18,350 nucleotides of DNA. Source: Coriobacteriaceae bacterium. GTDB lineage: Bacteria > Actinomycetota > Coriobacteriia > Coriobacteriales > Eggerthellaceae. The notes under the pieces are model-generated. The model did no database searches. It saw only the letters and a list, made by a program, of their open reading frames with translations, and was not told where the DNA came from. Below, piece by piece: positions 15,148 to 18,350 of this stretch. The stretch's first letter is position 1. The number at the start of each line of letters is the position of its first letter. A program made the translations under genes and the position numbers. The DNA is taken from assembly GCA_015062685.1 (NCBI GenBank), contig SUUE01000007.1:33969-52318 (forward strand). The letters are read 5' to 3'.

Positions 15148-17763
15148 TTAGGCAACGAGCCAGTTGTCGATATCGGGGCCCTCGTCTGCATGGAACGTGC
15201 GCCCGAACGCCTCCGGATACTGATTGGCGAGCTCGAATACATCCACCTTCTCCACGCCTACGAGGAAGCCAGAAGTCACCTCGCCTGCGCAGTTCTGAGA
15301 CGTGCATTCCTTCGGAGCGATGAGGTTATTAGCCCCGCCTCGATCGGAGACGCCTGGCTCGATCGGGTCGATGCGGGCGCCATGGTCCTGAAGAACGGCG
15401 CCAGGGAAGATGCGCTCGGTGATGTAAACGCCGCCCAGCGTCCAGCCGCGCTCGTTGTAGATCTTGACGACGTCGCCGTCCTTGACATCCAGGTCTTTCG
15501 CATCGATGGGGTTAATCCACACCGGCTCGTATGCGTACCCATCGGGGCCGATGACCTTGCAGGTCTCGATCTCACGCAACCAGGAGTTGTCATCGTAGTT
15601 TGCATGAATGCGCCAACGCGGGTGGTTGGAAACGATGAGGTACGGATAGTCCTTCGCCCTCTCGCTCTCGCGATACTCATGGAAGCGATCGGAATCGGCG
15701 ATGTAGTGCGGATACGGCATGCGCTGCTCGTCGTCGGGGAAATGCTCGGCCAAAGCGGAGGAATAGATCTCGATCTTGCCCGACGGCGTGGGCAGCGGAT
15801 ACTGCTCGGGGTCAGAATAGAACAGATAGAAGCCAGCAGGGTCCTTCTCCCATTCCTCCACCTTCGGAATCATGGCATAGCCCTTTTCGCGGAACTCTTC
15901 CAGCGAAGTGAAGTTCTGGGCGAAGGAAGCGTTGTAGGTGAGGTCGATGCTCGATTCGACGGTGCGCCCATCGGTGTAACGGTGCAGCAGGTCCGCATAT
16001 TTCGGGTCATCGGCGGCAAAAAGCTCCTCCATCTTCTTCGCCACTTCCTGAACCGCGAACCAGTCGCTCTTGGCCTCGCCGCGCGGAGAGACCGCTTGTT
16101 CGCAATGCAGGATGGTGTTGAACGTGCCGCTCTGGTTATCGATTGCGCAATCTTCAACCTCGAAGCGGCTCGTAATGGGAAGAATCAGGTCGGCGAACTT
16201 CGCGTCGTTCTCGAACCACGGGTGCTGGAGCAGCATGAACTCGAGGTTCGGATTGCGCACCGCGTTCAGGTATTCGTTGCCGCCATTCCAGCATGTCGAC
16301 CAGCACGGGGTGTCCGACCAAATCATATGCAGGCCCGGGTCTCCCTTCGGCGGGAACTGGAACGGGAGGAACTGGTCCTGGCGAGGCATCATGCAGATGA
16401 CATGGCCATACCAGTCGATCGGCTCCTCGGGAGACGCGTTGATGCCCTCAGGAATCAGCGTCTTCGGGATGAAGCGGTCGGCCGCGTCCAAGAAAGCGGC
16501 ATTGTATCCAGCCCAGCCGGTCAGATAGCCGGCATCACGCGGCATTGGCGAGTAATTCGGATTCTCGTAGATATTCCACTCGATGAACTTCATGAAGTTG
16601 CGGCCCGGCTTGCCCAGGCCCTGCATCGCGAGAAGCACGACCTCCATACGAGCCGGCTCGTGCGCATAGCAAGAGCGGATGTAGGAACCGCCGTTGCAAT
16701 GGCACGTCGTGGTCGCATCCTTATGCCACTTGCGGGCGAGCGCTTTGATGGTGCGAGCCGGCACGCCGCAACGCTCTTCCGCCCACTTCGGGTCCTTCAC
16801 CACACCGTCTTTGCCGCCCATCACCTCATACTCGAGCCAGTCGAAACCAACGGTGTGGGAGTCGATGTACTCGCGGTCGTATAGGCCCTCGGTCAGCCAC
16901 ACATAGGCGATGCCGAATTGCAGCGCCAAGTCGGTGTTCGGATACACCGGGATCCACTTATCGGCATGGCATGCGGCAGAATAGTTCAGGTCGGGGGCGA
17001 TTGCAACGCTCGTGATGCCGCAGTCGGTGAACCAGAAGGACAGGCGAGATGGCATCTGGCCGCCCCAGCCCCACGGAGTTGTTTCGTTGTCGCAGCCCCA
17101 GTAAAGCAGCATCTTCGTGTTCTTCGTGATGTCGTACATCAGGTTCTGGTCATAGCCCTGGCCGAGCGGCTCGGTGCCCCAAATGTGCTTTGCGCCCCAG
17201 TACCAACCTTCCCAGCTGTCCGGCTGGCGCGCCTGAAGCGTCGCGCCGCCCAGAAGCTCAAGCAGGCTCACCATGCAGCCGTGGCAGGGGTGAACGATCT
17301 TGGTCTCGCCATGGCCGTCTTGCTGCATAAGGATAGAGCCGGGTCCATAGGTGTCGTACTGGCGCTTGACTTCCTTTGCGATGATGGTCGTTGCCTCGTC
17401 CCAGGAGATTCTCTTGTATTTGGAGATGCCGCGGTTTTGCGGGTTGCGCTCGCCGTCCGGATCGAAGTCCTCGCGGATCAGCGGATACGGGACGCGGTTG
17501 CGCGAAAAAGCGTGGCGCTTGTACGCAACCGATGTCGGCGGAATGAGCGAATGCATGGGAACCTCGAACACATCGCCGTGGTCTTCGAGCTTCCACGGGT
17601 TGTACTCGGAGATGTCGTACGACTCGTCATAGCGCAGCGGGCGGATGCGCATGACCTTGTCGTCCTTGACATCCACCTTGGACGGGTTGCACCCCGTTCC
17701 GAAGCCGCACCAATCGATGTTGTCATAGACTGTCTTGTCGGCTCCCACTCCCTTTTTGACCAT
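15148..17763 (-). CDS. Molybdopterin (bis-MGD) oxidoreductase large subunit, pyrogallol hydroxytransferase (AthL)-like; cytoplasmic, no Tat signal, no N-terminal Fe-S Cys motif
   Basis: 871 aa. The start MVKKGVG follows the RBS gaggagga. PYPLIREDFDPDGERNPQNRG...RISWDEAT and PDSWEGWYWGAKHIWG closely match the AthL segments PYPMKRKSFDPNGERNPQLRG / ERISWDEAT / PDSWEGWHWGGMHMWG, recalled from memory. The upstream 17 codons of the ORF-track version overlap the RBS and carry no RR motif. Confidence 0.8.
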   Translation of the reverse strand: MVKKGVGADKTVYDNIDWCGFGTGCNPSKVDVKDDKVMRIRPLRYDESYDISEYNPWKLEDHGDVFEVPMHSLIPPTSVAYKRHAFSRNRVPYPLIREDFDPDGERNPQNRGISKYKRISWDEATTIIAKEVKRQYDTYGPGSILMQQDGHGETKIVHPCHGCMVSLLELLGGATLQARQPDSWEGWYWGAKHIWGTEPLGQGYDQNLMYDITKNTKMLLYWGCDNETTPWGWGGQMPSRLSFWFTDCGITSVAIAPDLNYSAACHADKWIPVYPNTDLALQFGIAYVWLTEGLYDREYIDSHTVGFDWLEYEVMGGKDGVVKDPKWAEERCGVPARTIKALARKWHKDATTTCHCNGGSYIRSCYAHEPARMEVVLLAMQGLGKPGRNFMKFIEWNIYENPNYSPMPRDAGYLTGWAGYNAAFLDAADRFIPKTLIPEGINASPEEPIDWYGHVICMMPRQDQFLPFQFPPKGDPGLHMIWSDTPCWSTCWNGGNEYLNAVRNPNLEFMLLQHPWFENDAKFADLILPITSRFEVEDCAIDNQSGTFNTILHCEQAVSPRGEAKSDWFAVQEVAKKMEELFAADDPKYADLLHRYTDGRTVESSIDLTYNASFAQNFTSLEEFREKGYAMIPKVEEWEKDPAGFYLFYSDPEQYPLPTPSGKIEIYSSALAEHFPDDEQRMPYPHYIADSDRFHEYRESERAKDYPYLIVSNHPRWRIHANYDDNSWLREIETCKVIGPDGYAYEPVWINPIDAKDLDVKDGDVVKIYNERGWTLGGVYITERIFPGAVLQDHGARIDPIEPGVSDRGGANNLIAPKECTSQNCAGEVTSGFLVGVEKVDVFELANQYPEAFGRTFHADEGPDIDNWLVA

Positions 17764-18056
17764 CTTCTCCTCCTCTTCTCTAATCAGATGGCTCTGACGC
17801 CGCTGAGCTCGCATGGGGACAACGAGCTTGGCAGCCCTCTCAATTCGGGGATTCTATGGGGCGTCAAAGAAGACCGCTTTCGGGCTTCTGAAGATGACTT
17901 AAATAAGCCGTTAGTAGTAAGGTTTCTCGATCTTTGGCTTAAATATGCGCGGAGAAGACAACGCGACGAGACCTCATAGCGGATGGGCGCACAGCCACCT
18001 AGCAGGCCTCGCGCGCCCGCAAGATACTGTACCATTTTTAGTTCTATTCGATTTCC

Positions 18057-18350
18057 TTATGAAGCGATGCTGGTAGCCTTCACTTCAAACGCGCGGCCCT
18101 CGGAATCGCTGAACAGAATTGCGCCGTCGTCGCCTTTCGTCCAGGTAAGCGCATTGGTATTCGACGATTCAATACCGCGAATCATATCTTCCCAGCCATT
18201 GCCCTGCATCTCCGTACCGAGTACAACGGTGCCGTCCGCTTTGACGCTCATCCAGTAGCACGCATCGGGCTCGGTGCCGTTATCGTCCACTATGCGGATT
18301 CCCCAGATGCCGGGCATGCCGCCCCCGCTGGGGCGCAAAACATACGTAGT
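18057..18350 (-). CDS. Hypothetical protein, C-terminal fragment; the gene continues beyond the window
   Basis: The frame is open to the window end, codon usage is consistent with the other genes, and the stop is at 18057-18059. I recognise no family. Confidence 0.4.
   Translation of the reverse strand, partial: TTYVLRPSGGGMPGIWGIRIVDDNGTEPDACYWMSVKADGTVVLGTEMQGNGWEDMIRGIESSNTNALTWTKGDDGAILFSDSEGRAFEVKATSIAS

Noticed and set aside
17764-17814. Longer start for the molybdoenzyme large subunit (MRAQRRQSHL...), which looks like a possible twin-arginine signal
   Set aside because: The extra 17 codons are the Shine-Dalgarno region itself (gaggaggagaag = EEEEK). RRQSHL is not an S/T-RRxFLK motif and no hydrophobic h-region follows. 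The homologous Pelobacter enzyme is cytoplasmic.
1-18350. Search for mobile elements, integrases, tRNA/rRNA genes, toxin-antitoxin pairs, or an obvious defence island
   Set aside because: I found no transposase, recombinase, restriction or Cas-like motifs and no tRNA-like cloverleaf candidates. The composition is uniform apart from short AT-richer promoter regions, so the window looks like core chromosome.

Overview
The window looks like an ordinary chromosomal stretch of a high-GC Gram-positive genome, read by eye at roughly 60-65% GC. Codon bias and gene content fit Actinobacteria, possibly Coriobacteriia or Eggerthellaceae, but I could not run a search to confirm that. I support 15 protein-coding genes, two of them truncated at the window edges. 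Left to right they are as follows. A SpoU/TrmH-type RNA 2'-O-methyltransferase (partial) and a DUF2064 MobA-like transferase sit on the plus strand. A three-gene minus-strand operon follows, matching the Bacillus subtilis ydjG-ydjH-ydjI membrane-stress module (double zinc-ribbon membrane protein, TPM/YgcG-like protein, COG4260 SPFH/Band-7 protein with twin C-terminal zinc ribbons). No pspA gene is adjacent to it. Next come a DEDDh 3'-5' exonuclease with an unknown N-terminal domain and htpG (Hsp90). The htpG gene has a sigma-A-like promoter plus a CIRCE operator upstream, and a striking 42-bp perfect inverted repeat in its 3' region. After that are an MBOAT (AlgI/DltB-like) and DHHW-protein O-acyltransferase pair and two MFS transporters. 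The last complete genes are a two-subunit cytoplasmic molybdopterin enzyme that closely resembles Pelobacter pyrogallol-phloroglucinol transhydroxylase. Its Fe-S beta subunit carries a C-terminal beta-sandwich domain, and its large subunit has no Tat signal and no N-terminal Cys cluster. I found no rRNA, tRNA, CRISPR array, transposase or integrase. The many long ORFs antisense to these genes are the usual high-GC artefacts. The most interesting items are the transhydroxylase-like locus with its two MFS transporters (candidate polyphenol or catechol metabolism), the pspA-less ydjGHI-like module, and the 42-bp inverted repeat downstream of htpG.
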